Origin: Candidatus Nanopelagicales bacterium
GTDB lineage: Bacteria > Actinomycetota > Actinomycetes > S36-B12 > UBA5976
Assembly: GCA_041687715.1 (NCBI GenBank)
Contig: JBDNJO010000001.1
Span: 6-64,005, forward strand
Length of the DNA: 64,000 bases
Reading direction: 5' to 3'
Shown: positions 26,866 through 36,532 of the stretch, piece by piece
How the letters are laid out: each line of letters begins with the position of its first letter
How positions within the stretch are numbered: position 1 is the first letter of the stretch
Translations under genes and position numbers: made by a program
Notes under the pieces: generated by a model
Database searches by the model: none
Told to the model about the DNA's origin: nothing
What the model saw: the letters and a program-made list of their open reading frames with translations, nothing else

Positions 26866-29418
26866 TTAACTTTCGCTAGGTGGCGCGAGTTCGATCTCCA
26901 AGGAGATTAGGCTCGCGCTTTTTGCATATGTAAATTCACCTTGGACTCTGCCTGCGCTTAATAAATCAGCGGCAACAAGCTTTGCTTTGGCAATAGCTTC
27001 AGTTGGTGCATTAATTGTGGCTGCCAAGATTTCCGCTTTCATGGAAACTTTAGCTTCACTCTTGGACTTTCGTAATTGAGACAATATCTCAGCAGAAACT
27101 CCGAGCAGGGAAGCATCCCCATTGAATGCGCGCAGGGAATCTGAAGTTGGCCAAGACGACTTGTGTACTGAATCGTCGTAAGTCCACGACCAGACTTCTT
27201 CGGTTACGAATGGTAGGAAAGGCGCAAAGAGTTTTATCAAGGTATCCAATGTCAGAGTTAGCGCAGCGCGCGCAGACTGCGCTCCAGTGTCGCCAGCCAA
27301 TCCGTAGGAGCGGTCCTTAACCAATTCAAGATGGTCGTCAGTAAATTCCCAGAAGAACTTTTCTGCAACTTCCATAGCCTTGGTGTAATTAAATTCTTCA
27401 AAAGCCTTAGTTGCTTCATCAACAACATCAGCCAGGGCAGCCAGCAGCGCCTTATCAATTGGTTCAGTAATTGCTTCGGGTGCGGCGCTTCCTTGAGTCA
27501 GTACAAATTTACCCGCGTTAAGAATTTTGGTAGCTAAGCGTCGACCAATTTTCATTTGGCCAACATCGAAAGCAGTATCAGTTCCAGGGCGACCACTTGC
27601 AGCCCAGTAGCGAACACCATCGCTACCGTGTTCATCAAGTAAATCAAGGGGAGTGACTACATTGCCCTTTGACTTCGACATCTTCTTGCGATCTGGATCC
27701 AAGATCCAGCCAGAAATCAAGGCATGCTTCCAAGGTAAAACTTTTTCCTCTAAGTGCGCGCGAACAACTGTGCTAAATAACCAGGTGCGAATAATTTCGT
27801 GCGCTTGTGGACGCACATCAAATGGCCACACTCGACTCCACAAGTCCTCATCAAATCCCCAGCCACCTGCAATTTGTGGTGTCAGTGATGATGTTGCCCA
27901 AGTGTCCATGACATCGGGGTCGCCCATAAATCCGCCTGGCATTCCGCGCTGCGCTTCGGTGTATCCAGCAGGAACATCTGTTGAGGGGTCAATGGGAAGT
28001 GCCGCGACATCTGGGACCAATATTTTGTCCCACATTGGATTTCCATCAGCAGCTAGGCCGTACCAAACAGGAACTGGGACGCCAAAGAATCGTTGCCGCG
28101 AAATTAACCAATCACCATTAAGTCCTTCAACCCAATTCGCGTATCGAACTTTCATGTGATCGGGATGCCACTTAATGTTTTGCCCACGTTCCACTAATTC
28201 CCCACGCAACTCGGTATCCCGGCCACCGTTTCGGATGTACCACTGTCGAGTTGTAACAATTTCAAGTGGCTTATCGCCTTTTTCAAAAAATTTAACGGGG
28301 TGAACTATTGCGCGAATCTCGCCATAAAGATCGCCAGATTCCTTAAGTAACTCAGCCATCTTTTCTTTTGCAGAGTGCGCCGTTAATCCAGCAAGCGCAG
28401 AGTAGGCGTTCTGGCCAAGTTCAGTAGAAATCCATTCTGGAATTTCCGAAATGATTCGACCATCCCAGCCAATGATGGGACGAGTTGGTAGTTGCAGTTC
28501 GCGCCACCAGGTCACATCTGTTGTGTCGCCAAAGGTACAAATCATCGCGATTCCAGATCCCTTTTCGGGATCAGCCAGAGTGTGCGCCACTACAGGAACT
28601 TCAACTCCAAAAATTGGAGAGGTAACAGTAGTTCCAAAAAGTGGTTGGTAGCGAGCATCATCTGGGTGAGCAACTAGCGCAACACATGCTGGAAGAAGTT
28701 CTGGGCGAGTAGTTTCAATAAATATTGACTCACCATCTGGTTTATGAAATGAAATGCGATGGTAAGCGCCAGGTCGCTCCCGATCTTCCAATTCTGCTTG
28801 CGCAACTGCGGTTCTAAATGTCACATCCCAAAGTGTTGGTGCCTCACTTTGGTAAGCCTCATTACGTGCAAGATTATTAAGGAACATGCGCTGGGAGACG
28901 CTACGCGCACGCGAATCTATTGTTTGGTACGTAAGATTCCAGTCCACGCTGGTTCCAAGTCGTCGCCATAGTTCTTCAAACGCTTTCTCATCTTCAATAG
29001 TTAATTGCACGCAAAGTTCGACAAAGTTTCGGCGCGAAATTGGTAACTGATCTTTCCCAGGTTCGCTTGGCGGCATAAAATTTGGGTCGTAGGGAAGTGA
29101 TGGATCACAGCGCACGCCAAAGTAGTTCTGAACTCGTCGTTCAGTTGGCAATCCGTTGTCATCCCAGCCCATTGGGTAAAAAACCGACTTACCGTTCATT
29201 CGTTGGTAGCGCGCCACACAATCTATATGTGTGTAAGAAAACACATGGCCTACGTGAAGTGAGCCACTAACGGTTGGCGGCGGAGTATCAATACTAAAAA
29301 CGTTTTCCCGATTCGCACTGCGATCAAATGAGTAGGTGCCAGCTTTATCCCAGGCTTGCATCCACTTTGATTCCAAGCCATCAAGTGTTGGTTTTTCTGG
29401 CATTCGTTGCGCGCTCAT
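26866..29418 (-). CDS. valS: Valine--tRNA ligase
   Basis: 850-aa class I aaRS with PPPTVSGSLHVGH (HIGH) and KMSKSKGN. The N-terminal region GWDDNGLPTERRVQNYFGVRCDP is typical of the second ValS type found in many Actinobacteria. Confidence 0.9.
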   Translation of the reverse strand: MSAQRMPEKPTLDGLESKWMQAWDKAGTYSFDRSANRENVFSIDTPPPTVSGSLHVGHVFSYTHIDCVARYQRMNGKSVFYPMGWDDNGLPTERRVQNYFGVRCDPSLPYDPNFMPPSEPGKDQLPISRRNFVELCVQLTIEDEKAFEELWRRLGTSVDWNLTYQTIDSRARSVSQRMFLNNLARNEAYQSEAPTLWDVTFRTAVAQAELEDRERPGAYHRISFHKPDGESIFIETTRPELLPACVALVAHPDDARYQPLFGTTVTSPIFGVEVPVVAHTLADPEKGSGIAMICTFGDTTDVTWWRELQLPTRPIIGWDGRIISEIPEWISTELGQNAYSALAGLTAHSAKEKMAELLKESGDLYGEIRAIVHPVKFFEKGDKPLEIVTTRQWYIRNGGRDTELRGELVERGQNIKWHPDHMKVRYANWVEGLNGDWLISRQRFFGVPVPVWYGLAADGNPMWDKILVPDVAALPIDPSTDVPAGYTEAQRGMPGGFMGDPDVMDTWATSSLTPQIAGGWGFDEDLWSRVWPFDVRPQAHEIIRTWLFSTVVRAHLEEKVLPWKHALISGWILDPDRKKMSKSKGNVVTPLDLLDEHGSDGVRYWAASGRPGTDTAFDVGQMKIGRRLATKILNAGKFVLTQGSAAPEAITEPIDKALLAALADVVDEATKAFEEFNYTKAMEVAEKFFWEFTDDHLELVKDRSYGLAGDTGAQSARAALTLTLDTLIKLFAPFLPFVTEEVWSWTYDDSVHKSSWPTSDSLRAFNGDASLLGVSAEILSQLRKSKSEAKVSMKAEILAATINAPTEAIAKAKLVAADLLSAGRVQGEFTYAKSASLISLEIELAPPSES

Positions 29419-29460
29419 GAACCCTAATCCTAGACAATGGCAGCCACTTAGAATGAATCC

Positions 29461-30810
29461 ATGACTTCGTCAGATCTCCAGGAGCTTGCGCGCGTAGCGG
29501 AGGTCTTGGAATCTCGTTGGCCGGAGACGAAAATCGAACCAAGTTTGGATCGAATTAGCCATTTAATGACACTTTTAGGTGACCCTCAGTTTGCGTATCC
29601 AGTTATTCATATCACTGGCACAAACGGTAAAACTTCAACTGCTCGAATGATTGAATCTTTACTCAGATCTCTTGGGCTGCGAACTGGATTAGTAACTAGT
29701 CCACACTTGCACCAAGTAAGTGAACGAATCCGACTTAACGGCGACCCAATCCCAGCTGATAAATTTGTTGAAATTTATGACGAATTGGAACCCTACTTAG
29801 CAATTGTGGATAGTGAAAGTTTGGCTAATGGCGGACCTGCAATGTCTTACTTCGAAGTGTTAACTGGAATGGCATTTGCGGCATTTGCCGATGCCCCGGT
29901 GGATGTAGCCGTTGTGGAAGTTGGCATGGGTGGAACTTGGGATGCCACAAACGTCGTATCTCCATTGGTGAGTGTTGTGATGCCAATTGGACTAGATCAC
30001 GCAGAATATCTTGGCGACACTGTGGAGTTAGTTGCTACTGAAAAATCCGGAATTATTAAATCTGGATCAATCGCAGTTCTGTCGTATCAAGATCCAATTC
30101 CAGCTGAAATTCTTTTAAAGCGCGCAGTACTTGTCGATGCTGCAGTTGCGCGCCAAGGTGTTGAATTCAGTGTTCGAGATCGCGCAATGGCAATTGGTGG
30201 GCAGGCCCTAAACCTGGACGGGCTAAACGGAAGCTACGAAGAAATATTGTTACCACTTTTTGGTGCGCACCAAGCTGCAAATGCATCCGTTGCATTGGCC
30301 GCAGTTGAGGCATTTTTTGGTGGGACAGTGACATTGGACATTGACGCTGTGCGCGAGGGTTTTGGCAGCGTTACTTCACCAGGTCGAATGGAAATTGTGC
30401 GCCGGAGCCCAACCGTTATTGTCGATGCTGCGCACAATCCACATGGCGCGACGAGTTTGGCTACCGCACTTGAGGAATCATTCACTTTCGAACAAATTAT
30501 CGGCGTAGTTTCAGTGATGGCTGACAAAGATGTACTTGGATTGCTCCAGGCATTGGAGCCAGTATTAAACGAAATAGTTGTGACTTGGAATGGCGCAGCT
30601 CGAGCTATGCAAAGTTTGGAACTTGCCAAACTAGCCATTCAGGTTTTTGGCGAAGATCGAGTTTATGAAGAAGCAAATCTTGCAAGCGCAATAGATAAGG
30701 CAATTGCGATGGCCGATGAAGCAGGAATGAATGGTGTTGGCGTAGTAGTTACTGGCTCAGTTGTGACTGCAGCTGCTGGGCGCGCCCTTATGGGAAGAGT
30801 GGGAACCTGA
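29461..30810 (+). CDS. folC: Bifunctional folylpolyglutamate synthase / dihydrofolate synthase
   Basis: 449 aa with the HITGTNGKTST P-loop and Mur-ligase architecture. The valS-folC-ndk synteny is present. Confidence 0.9.
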   Translation: MTSSDLQELARVAEVLESRWPETKIEPSLDRISHLMTLLGDPQFAYPVIHITGTNGKTSTARMIESLLRSLGLRTGLVTSPHLHQVSERIRLNGDPIPADKFVEIYDELEPYLAIVDSESLANGGPAMSYFEVLTGMAFAAFADAPVDVAVVEVGMGGTWDATNVVSPLVSVVMPIGLDHAEYLGDTVELVATEKSGIIKSGSIAVLSYQDPIPAEILLKRAVLVDAAVARQGVEFSVRDRAMAIGGQALNLDGLNGSYEEILLPLFGAHQAANASVALAAVEAFFGGTVTLDIDAVREGFGSVTSPGRMEIVRRSPTVIVDAAHNPHGATSLATALEESFTFEQIIGVVSVMADKDVLGLLQALEPVLNEIVVTWNGAARAMQSLELAKLAIQVFGEDRVYEEANLASAIDKAIAMADEAGMNGVGVVVTGSVVTAAAGRALMGRVGT

Positions 30811-31160
30811 TGAAAGTTATGGGTAGCGCAATATTGTTTTTCGAGGCAATCGTGCTTGGACTTTCAATTCCAATTTCGATAGTTGTATATGAAACCTCAA
30901 AGTCATTGACGCTTTGGGTCACGTTCTTGCTCATGCTGCTTTGCATCTTGGCAATTGGTGGCGTTAGACGCGATCGGCGCGCTGCAATAACGACTGGACT
31001 CTTCGTTCAGATCCTGATCATTGGCGCTGGATTTTGGGTGGGGCCACTGCTGTTCCCAGGCATTCTTTTTCTATTGGTTTGGGCGCTAGCCATAGTGTTA
31101 AGTAAAAGAGTTGATGAGGCGAAAATCGCTCAGGCAGAAGCGGCTGAAAAAAGCCTTTAA
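30810..31160 (+). CDS. DUF4233-family membrane protein
   Basis: 116 aa with 3-4 TM helices. It occupies the conserved folC-ndk slot of Actinobacteria. Its ATG overlaps the folC TGA (TGATG). Confidence 0.7.
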   Translation: MKVMGSAILFFEAIVLGLSIPISIVVYETSKSLTLWVTFLLMLLCILAIGGVRRDRRAAITTGLFVQILIIGAGFWVGPLLFPGILFLLVWALAIVLSKRVDEAKIAQAEAAEKSL

Positions 31161-31170
31161 GATTAAGAAC

Positions 31171-31578
31171 ATGTCTGAACGCACCCTTGTCCTTATTAAG
31201 CCAGATGGCGTCGAACGCGCTCTAATCGGTGAAGTTATTGCGCGCATCGAGCGCAAGGGCTTCAAAATCCTTGCTCTTGAAATGCGCACAATTGCCCGAA
31301 GTGTTGCCGAAACTCATTACGGCGAGCATGCGGATAAGCCGTTCTTTAAAGATTTAGTTGATTTTATTTCTGGTGCGCCACTGGTTGCTGCTGTAATTGA
31401 AGGCGATGACGCGATTGCTGCTTGGCGAACCATGATGGGAGCAACTAATCCAGTAAACGCTGCGATGGGAACTATTCGTGGTGACTTAGCAACACAAACA
31501 CAATTTAATGTTTCGCATGGTTCGGACTCACTTGAGTCAGCAGCGCGCGAAATTTCACTGTTCTTTCCAAATCTGTAA
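31171..31578 (+). CDS. ndk: Nucleoside-diphosphate kinase
   Basis: [14 protein letters not shown] start and the NVSHGSDS active-site His context. The start was moved from 31111 to ATG 31171. Confidence 0.95.
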   Translation: MSERTLVLIKPDGVERALIGEVIARIERKGFKILALEMRTIARSVAETHYGEHADKPFFKDLVDFISGAPLVAAVIEGDDAIAAWRTMMGATNPVNAAMGTIRGDLATQTQFNVSHGSDSLESAAREISLFFPNL

Positions 31579-31588
31579 AGGATTAACT

Positions 31589-33541
31589 ATGACCGTCCAG
31601 TCTGTATTTCCTGCACTGGAACAGTTATTGCCTCGGGTGCAAAAACCTGTTCAATATGTTGGTGGCGAGCTAAACGCTGTAATTAAGGCGTGGGATGACA
31701 CCGTTGTTCGTTGGTGCTTAATGTATCCCGACGCATATGAAGTTGGTATTCCAAATCAAGGCGTACAGATTCTTTATGAAGTACTAAACGAGCGCGCGGA
31801 CACTTTGTGTGAGCGTACTTACGCAGTTTGGCCTGATCTAGAAAAATTGATGCGCGAAAACAATGTGCCACAGTTCACTGTTGATGCGCATCGTCCAGTT
31901 GGCGCTTTTGATGCACTTGGTGTTTCGTTTTCAACTGAACTTGGTTACACCAACATGCTTACAGCCATAGATCTTGCTGGTATTCCATTGCATGCAGTTG
32001 ACCGGGATGAGACACACCCACTTGTTATTGCAGGTGGACACGCTGCCTTTAACCCAGAAGCCATTTCAACTTTTATTGATGGCGCAGTACTTGGTGATGG
32101 CGAGCAAGCAGTCCTTGCAATTACCGACATCATTGCTGCATTTAAGAGTGAAGGAAATCCTGGTGGGCGGGAAGAATTATTGCTACGCCTTTCCAAGTCT
32201 GGCGTCATGTACGTTCCTGCTTTTTATGATGTTGAATATTTAGAAGATGGTCGCATTCGTCGGGTTGCTCCAAACCGACCAGGTGTGCCATGGCGGGTAG
32301 CAAAGCACACAGTGATGAATCTTGACGAGTGGCCATACCCAAAGGCGCCACTTGTACCGATCGCAGAGAGTGTGCACGAGCGCATGAGTGTGGAAATTTT
32401 CCGTGGTTGCACTCGAGGTTGCCGATTCTGTCAGGCCGGAATGATTACTCGCCCAGTGAGAGAGCGATCCATGACCAGCATTGCTGAAATGGTTGCTAAT
32501 GGTCTTGAAAAGACGGGCTACGAAGAGATTGGCTTGCTTTCACTATCGAGCGCAGATCACAGCGAGATCGCCGAATTAGCCAAGGGTCTCGCTGATCGTT
32601 ATGAAAATACCCAAACTTCACTTTCCTTGCCAAGTACGCGAGTGGATGCCTTCAACATCGATTTGGCTAATGAGCTTTCCCGCAATGGTCGCCGTAGTGG
32701 ACTTACTTTTGCGCCCGAAGGTGGCAGTGAACGAATTCGTCGCGTAATCAACAAGATGGTTACTGAAGAGGACATGATTCGCACGGTTACCGCTGCTTAC
32801 GCTTCAGGTTGGCGCCAAGTGAAGTTGTACTTCATGTGTGGCCTACCAACTGAAGAAGATGAAGATGTATTACAGATTGCTCGCCTTGCTCACGAAGTAA
32901 TTAAGGCTGGTCGAGAGGCTTCTGGTCGAAATGACATTCGCTGCACAGTATCCATTGGCGGATTTGTACCAAAACCTCACACGCCTTTCCAGTGGGCTGC
33001 GCAATTAGATCACGAAACTACAGATTCCAGACTTTATAAATTGCGCGATGCAATTCGTCAGGACAAAGCCTTTGGTAAATCCATTGGAGTTCGTTATCAC
33101 GATGGCAAGCCTGGCGTAGTTGAAGGCTTGTTATCACGTGGTGATCGTCGCGTTGGAAAAGTAATTGAACAAGTTTGGCGTGACGGACAACGTTTTGATG
33201 GTTGGAGCGAGCACTTCTCTTACGACAAGTGGATGGCCGCTGCGGAAATCGCGTTTGCTGATGAAGCAGTTGATGTTAATTGGTACACCATTCGTGAACG
33301 CGAACTTTCCGAAGTTCTTCCTTGGGATCATTTAGATTCAGGTCTAGATAAAGAATGGCTTTGGGATGATTGGCAAGATGCTCTTTCGGAAGTCGAAGTT
33401 GATGACTGCCGCTGGGTTCCTTGTTTTGATTGTGGTGTTTGTGATCAAATGGGTACCGAAATTCAGGTCGGCCCAACAAATGCTGTGATGCTGCCAATGC
33501 CAACTATTCCATCTCGGGTGGCTGTTAATAGTGGCTCGTGA
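31589..33541 (+). CDS. TIGR03960-family B12-binding-domain radical SAM protein (function unknown)
   Basis: 650 aa. The radical-SAM cluster motif CTRGCRFC (Cx3Cx2C) and N-terminus PRVQKPVQYVGGELN are characteristic of this family. The start was moved from 31508 to ATG 31589. Confidence 0.8.
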   Translation: MTVQSVFPALEQLLPRVQKPVQYVGGELNAVIKAWDDTVVRWCLMYPDAYEVGIPNQGVQILYEVLNERADTLCERTYAVWPDLEKLMRENNVPQFTVDAHRPVGAFDALGVSFSTELGYTNMLTAIDLAGIPLHAVDRDETHPLVIAGGHAAFNPEAISTFIDGAVLGDGEQAVLAITDIIAAFKSEGNPGGREELLLRLSKSGVMYVPAFYDVEYLEDGRIRRVAPNRPGVPWRVAKHTVMNLDEWPYPKAPLVPIAESVHERMSVEIFRGCTRGCRFCQAGMITRPVRERSMTSIAEMVANGLEKTGYEEIGLLSLSSADHSEIAELAKGLADRYENTQTSLSLPSTRVDAFNIDLANELSRNGRRSGLTFAPEGGSERIRRVINKMVTEEDMIRTVTAAYASGWRQVKLYFMCGLPTEEDEDVLQIARLAHEVIKAGREASGRNDIRCTVSIGGFVPKPHTPFQWAAQLDHETTDSRLYKLRDAIRQDKAFGKSIGVRYHDGKPGVVEGLLSRGDRRVGKVIEQVWRDGQRFDGWSEHFSYDKWMAAAEIAFADEAVDVNWYTIRERELSEVLPWDHLDSGLDKEWLWDDWQDALSEVEVDDCRWVPCFDCGVCDQMGTEIQVGPTNAVMLPMPTIPSRVAVNSGS

Positions 33542-34274
33542 TCGCGATCCTGGTCGTGAGAACATTCCTGCAATACAAAAACTGCGAATTCAACATGCCA
33601 AGCGGGATCGACTCCGTTTCACGTCACATCGAGATTTTCAGCGGGCCTTTGAGCGCGCTTTAAAACGTGCTGGTGTGCCAATGGCCTATAGCGCTGGATT
33701 CTCGCCACACCCAAAGATTTCCTATGCCAATGCCGCGCCAACTGGTGTGGCAAGTGAAGCTGAATACGTTGAAATTGGCGTGGTCGCGCTAGTAGATCCA
33801 GAAAAACTTAAAGCAGTTTTGGATGAAGTTCTGCCACCTGGCCTAGATATCTTGGCGGTAGTGGAAGCCCGCACCCCAGACTTTGTCGCTCGCCTTGAGG
33901 CTAGCCACTGGAAAATTGAGCTGCCTGGCACTTCGCAGGCCACTCTAGATAATGCGCTCAAGCTATTTTTAGCTGCTCCAGAAGTTTTAGTAGAACGCAT
34001 GACAAAGTCGGGAATTCGTACATTTGACGCCCGAACTGCGGTGATTCGCGCAAATGTGGAGATGGGCTCGGACTGTGCCATACTTCAAGTAGTCGTTCGG
34101 CATGGCGTGCCAACCGTTCGACCCGACGATGTTCTGGCAGCTCTGAAAAAAGTTGCGGACTTCGCCCAGGAGATCCCACCTCGGGTAACTCGACTGGCGC
34201 AGGGTCCTTTGCTTGAAGATGGTTGGTCCGTAGGTGATCCTTTCACTTTGGACCGCGAAGCCACACAAGCTTGA
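33531..34274 (+). CDS. TIGR03936-family radical-SAM-associated protein (DUF2344)
   Basis: 247 aa with LRFTSHRDFQRAFERALKRAGVPMAYSAGFSPHPKISYA. It overlaps the upstream radical SAM gene by 11 nt. Confidence 0.75.
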   Translation: MARDRDPGRENIPAIQKLRIQHAKRDRLRFTSHRDFQRAFERALKRAGVPMAYSAGFSPHPKISYANAAPTGVASEAEYVEIGVVALVDPEKLKAVLDEVLPPGLDILAVVEARTPDFVARLEASHWKIELPGTSQATLDNALKLFLAAPEVLVERMTKSGIRTFDARTAVIRANVEMGSDCAILQVVVRHGVPTVRPDDVLAALKKVADFAQEIPPRVTRLAQGPLLEDGWSVGDPFTLDREATQA

Positions 34275-34373
34275 GCCCGGCATCGTCACTACATAGGCTT
34301 ATGCGCCCCAGGGCGTGAGTGAACGCAAGATCCGTGCTAAGGCATAGGTTTTGTGCGATAGGAGACGACTTTC

Positions 34374-36446
34374 ATGTCGGGAAACGATAGAACACCAGAA
34401 GCAAAACCGCGTCGACGTGCTGCTGGACGCCCAGCTGGACCGCCAGCCGATGCGCCAGTTACCAAGGCAACTACCGAAAAGGTAGGAACTGAAAAAGCAC
34501 CCACAAAATCCGCAGCAGCGAAGAAAAAAGCGCCAGCTGCGAAAAAAGCACCGATCTCAGTACCTGTTTTTCAATCTGCCCCAGTTACGCAAGTTACTCC
34601 TGCAAAGAAGAAAGCAGCAGCTAAGGCAGAGAGTCAAGATGAGGTGTTTTCTGTTGCAGCAAAAGGCCAGGCCAAGAAGCGGCCAGTAAAGAAAGCTGCT
34701 GCCTCCGATGACGCGCAATCAACTGTGTCTAATTCTGATGAAAGTGCCGATTCTGGTGAAGAGCGCACAGGTGGCAATAACCGCAACCGTAATCGCAACC
34801 GCCGTGGCGGTAAGAATAAAGACCGCGCGAAAAATGGTGGCAAAGTTGATGACAACGAAAGTGATGTTGATGGTGAATCAGTTGAATCAGCATCAGATTC
34901 TGATGATGATTCAACACAACCAGCCTCAGCGCGCAAACGCAGTCGTACTCGTACACGTGATGGCTCCGAAGGTGAATCTGGTTCAACGCGCTTAGACGCT
35001 AAGCGTGCCCGTCGTCGCGATGGCCGTGATTCAGGTCGTCGTCGAGCGCCAATTTTGACGGAATCAGAATTTCTTGCCCGCCGGGAAAACGTAGAACGCG
35101 TTATGGTCGTTCGCCAACAAGGCGCACGCACTCAGATTGCAGTTCTAGAAGATGGAATCGTTGTCGAGCACTACATCAATCAATCAAGCAGTGGCTCACT
35201 AGTTGGAAACGTTTACTTGGGCCGGGTCCAAAACGTTTTGCCAGGTATGGAAGCTGCATTCGTTGACATCGGCAAGGGACGCAACGCCGTTCTTTACGCA
35301 GGTGAAGTGAACTGGGATGCTGCCGGTCTAGACGGTCAGCCAAAGAAAATTGAAACAGCTTTGAAATCTGGCGACCAAGTTTTGGTGCAAGTCACCAAAG
35401 ATCCCGTTGGACAAAAAGGCGCTCGCCTAACAAGTCAGATCTCATTGCCAGGACGTTTTTTGGTTTATGTTCCAAACAATCCAATGACTGGTATTTCGCG
35501 CAAACTTCCAGACCGTGAGCGCTCCAGACTGAAAACGATTTTGAAGGCAGTAGTACCCGAAGATGGTGGTGTAATCGTTCGCACCGCAGCTGAAGGAGCG
35601 AGCGAAGAAGAGTTGGGCCGCGACGTGGCTCGATTGGCCGCACAGTGGCTTGATATTGAAGCCAAGTCAAAAACTGCGTCACCGCCAACAATGCTTTATG
35701 GCGAACCAGACATTTCGATCAAGGTAGTTCGCGACATCTTCAATGAGGATGTTAAGAAACTTATTGTCTCGGGCGCAGATGCTTGGGAAACTGTTGAACA
35801 ATATGTTTCTTACGTTGCGCCAGATCTTGCTGATCGTCTAGAAAAGTACGTCGGCACCGCAGATGTTTTCACTGAGCATCAAATTGATGAACAGATCGCA
35901 AAGGCACTTGATCGCAAGGTTTACTTGCCTTCTGGTGGATCCTTGGTCATTGACCGTACCGAAGCCATGACGGTAGTTGACGTAAACACCGGTAAATTCA
36001 TTGGCTCTGGTGGAAACCTCGAGCAGACAGTAACTAAAAACAATCTTGAAGCAGCTGAGGAAATTGTTCGCCAGCTTCGACTCCGCGACATTGGTGGCAT
36101 CATCGTCATTGACTTCATCGACATGGTGCTAGAAAGCAACCGCGACCAAGTTATTCGTCGATTAATTGAATGTTTAGGGCGGGACCGCACCAAACATCAA
36201 GTTGCCGAAGTAACCTCACTTGGTTTGGTGCAAATGACCCGCAAGCGCATTGGCGCTGGACTGCTGGAGGTATTCAGCGAATCTTGTGATCATTGCCAAG
36301 GCCGCGGCGCAGTAGTGAACATGGCTGGGCACGATCCTGAAAAAACCCCGAAAAATAAGGGAAAACAAGGAAACCATGATCATTCAGCGGATAACACACC
36401 GCAACAAAGTTCCGATTCCAACCTAGAAGAGCAAGTCTCGGTTTGA
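34374..36446 (+). CDS. rne: Ribonuclease E/G family endoribonuclease with a long disordered N-terminal extension
   Basis: S1 domain GNVYLGRVQNVLPGMEAAFVDIG and the catalytic core (VVDVNTGKF, GGIIVIDFIDM) are present. The first 225 aa or so are low-complexity sequence rich in K/A/P and then R/D/S. Confidence 0.85.
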   Translation: MSGNDRTPEAKPRRRAAGRPAGPPADAPVTKATTEKVGTEKAPTKSAAAKKKAPAAKKAPISVPVFQSAPVTQVTPAKKKAAAKAESQDEVFSVAAKGQAKKRPVKKAAASDDAQSTVSNSDESADSGEERTGGNNRNRNRNRRGGKNKDRAKNGGKVDDNESDVDGESVESASDSDDDSTQPASARKRSRTRTRDGSEGESGSTRLDAKRARRRDGRDSGRRRAPILTESEFLARRENVERVMVVRQQGARTQIAVLEDGIVVEHYINQSSSGSLVGNVYLGRVQNVLPGMEAAFVDIGKGRNAVLYAGEVNWDAAGLDGQPKKIETALKSGDQVLVQVTKDPVGQKGARLTSQISLPGRFLVYVPNNPMTGISRKLPDRERSRLKTILKAVVPEDGGVIVRTAAEGASEEELGRDVARLAAQWLDIEAKSKTASPPTMLYGEPDISIKVVRDIFNEDVKKLIVSGADAWETVEQYVSYVAPDLADRLEKYVGTADVFTEHQIDEQIAKALDRKVYLPSGGSLVIDRTEAMTVVDVNTGKFIGSGGNLEQTVTKNNLEAAEEIVRQLRLRDIGGIIVIDFIDMVLESNRDQVIRRLIECLGRDRTKHQVAEVTSLGLVQMTRKRIGAGLLEVFSESCDHCQGRGAVVNMAGHDPEKTPKNKGKQGNHDHSADNTPQQSSDSNLEEQVSV

Positions 36447-36497
36447 CCCTAAGGCCCTTCAGTCCGTAACCTTATGAGGCTTAAGACTTAGGGTTTT
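36447..36497 (+). terminator. Imperfect stem-loop plus T4 after rne (weak terminator or rplU leader structure)
   Basis: CCCTAAG (36447-53) pairs with CTTAGGG (36487-93), with an inner GCC/GGC pairing, followed by TTTT. Confidence 0.3.
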
Positions 36498-36532
36498 CGC
36501 CCGAAACAAGCACTAGTTCAAGGAGATACCTC

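Noticed and set aside
26078-28159. Long antisense ORFs inside clpX (26078..26524) and valS (27653..28159). Similar ones lie in the permease (7354..7842), hutH (47543..48149) and hutU (50698..51105).
   Set aside because: All are nested within strongly supported genes. They have no independent start signals or recognisable domains.
34634-35131. 165-aa minus-strand ORF and 85-95-aa alternative-frame ORFs inside the rne 5' region
   Set aside because: They fall in low-complexity repeat-like DNA (K/A/R/D/S codon runs), which keeps several frames open. There is no start context and no family resemblance. The rne frame is continuous with a clear S1/catalytic core.
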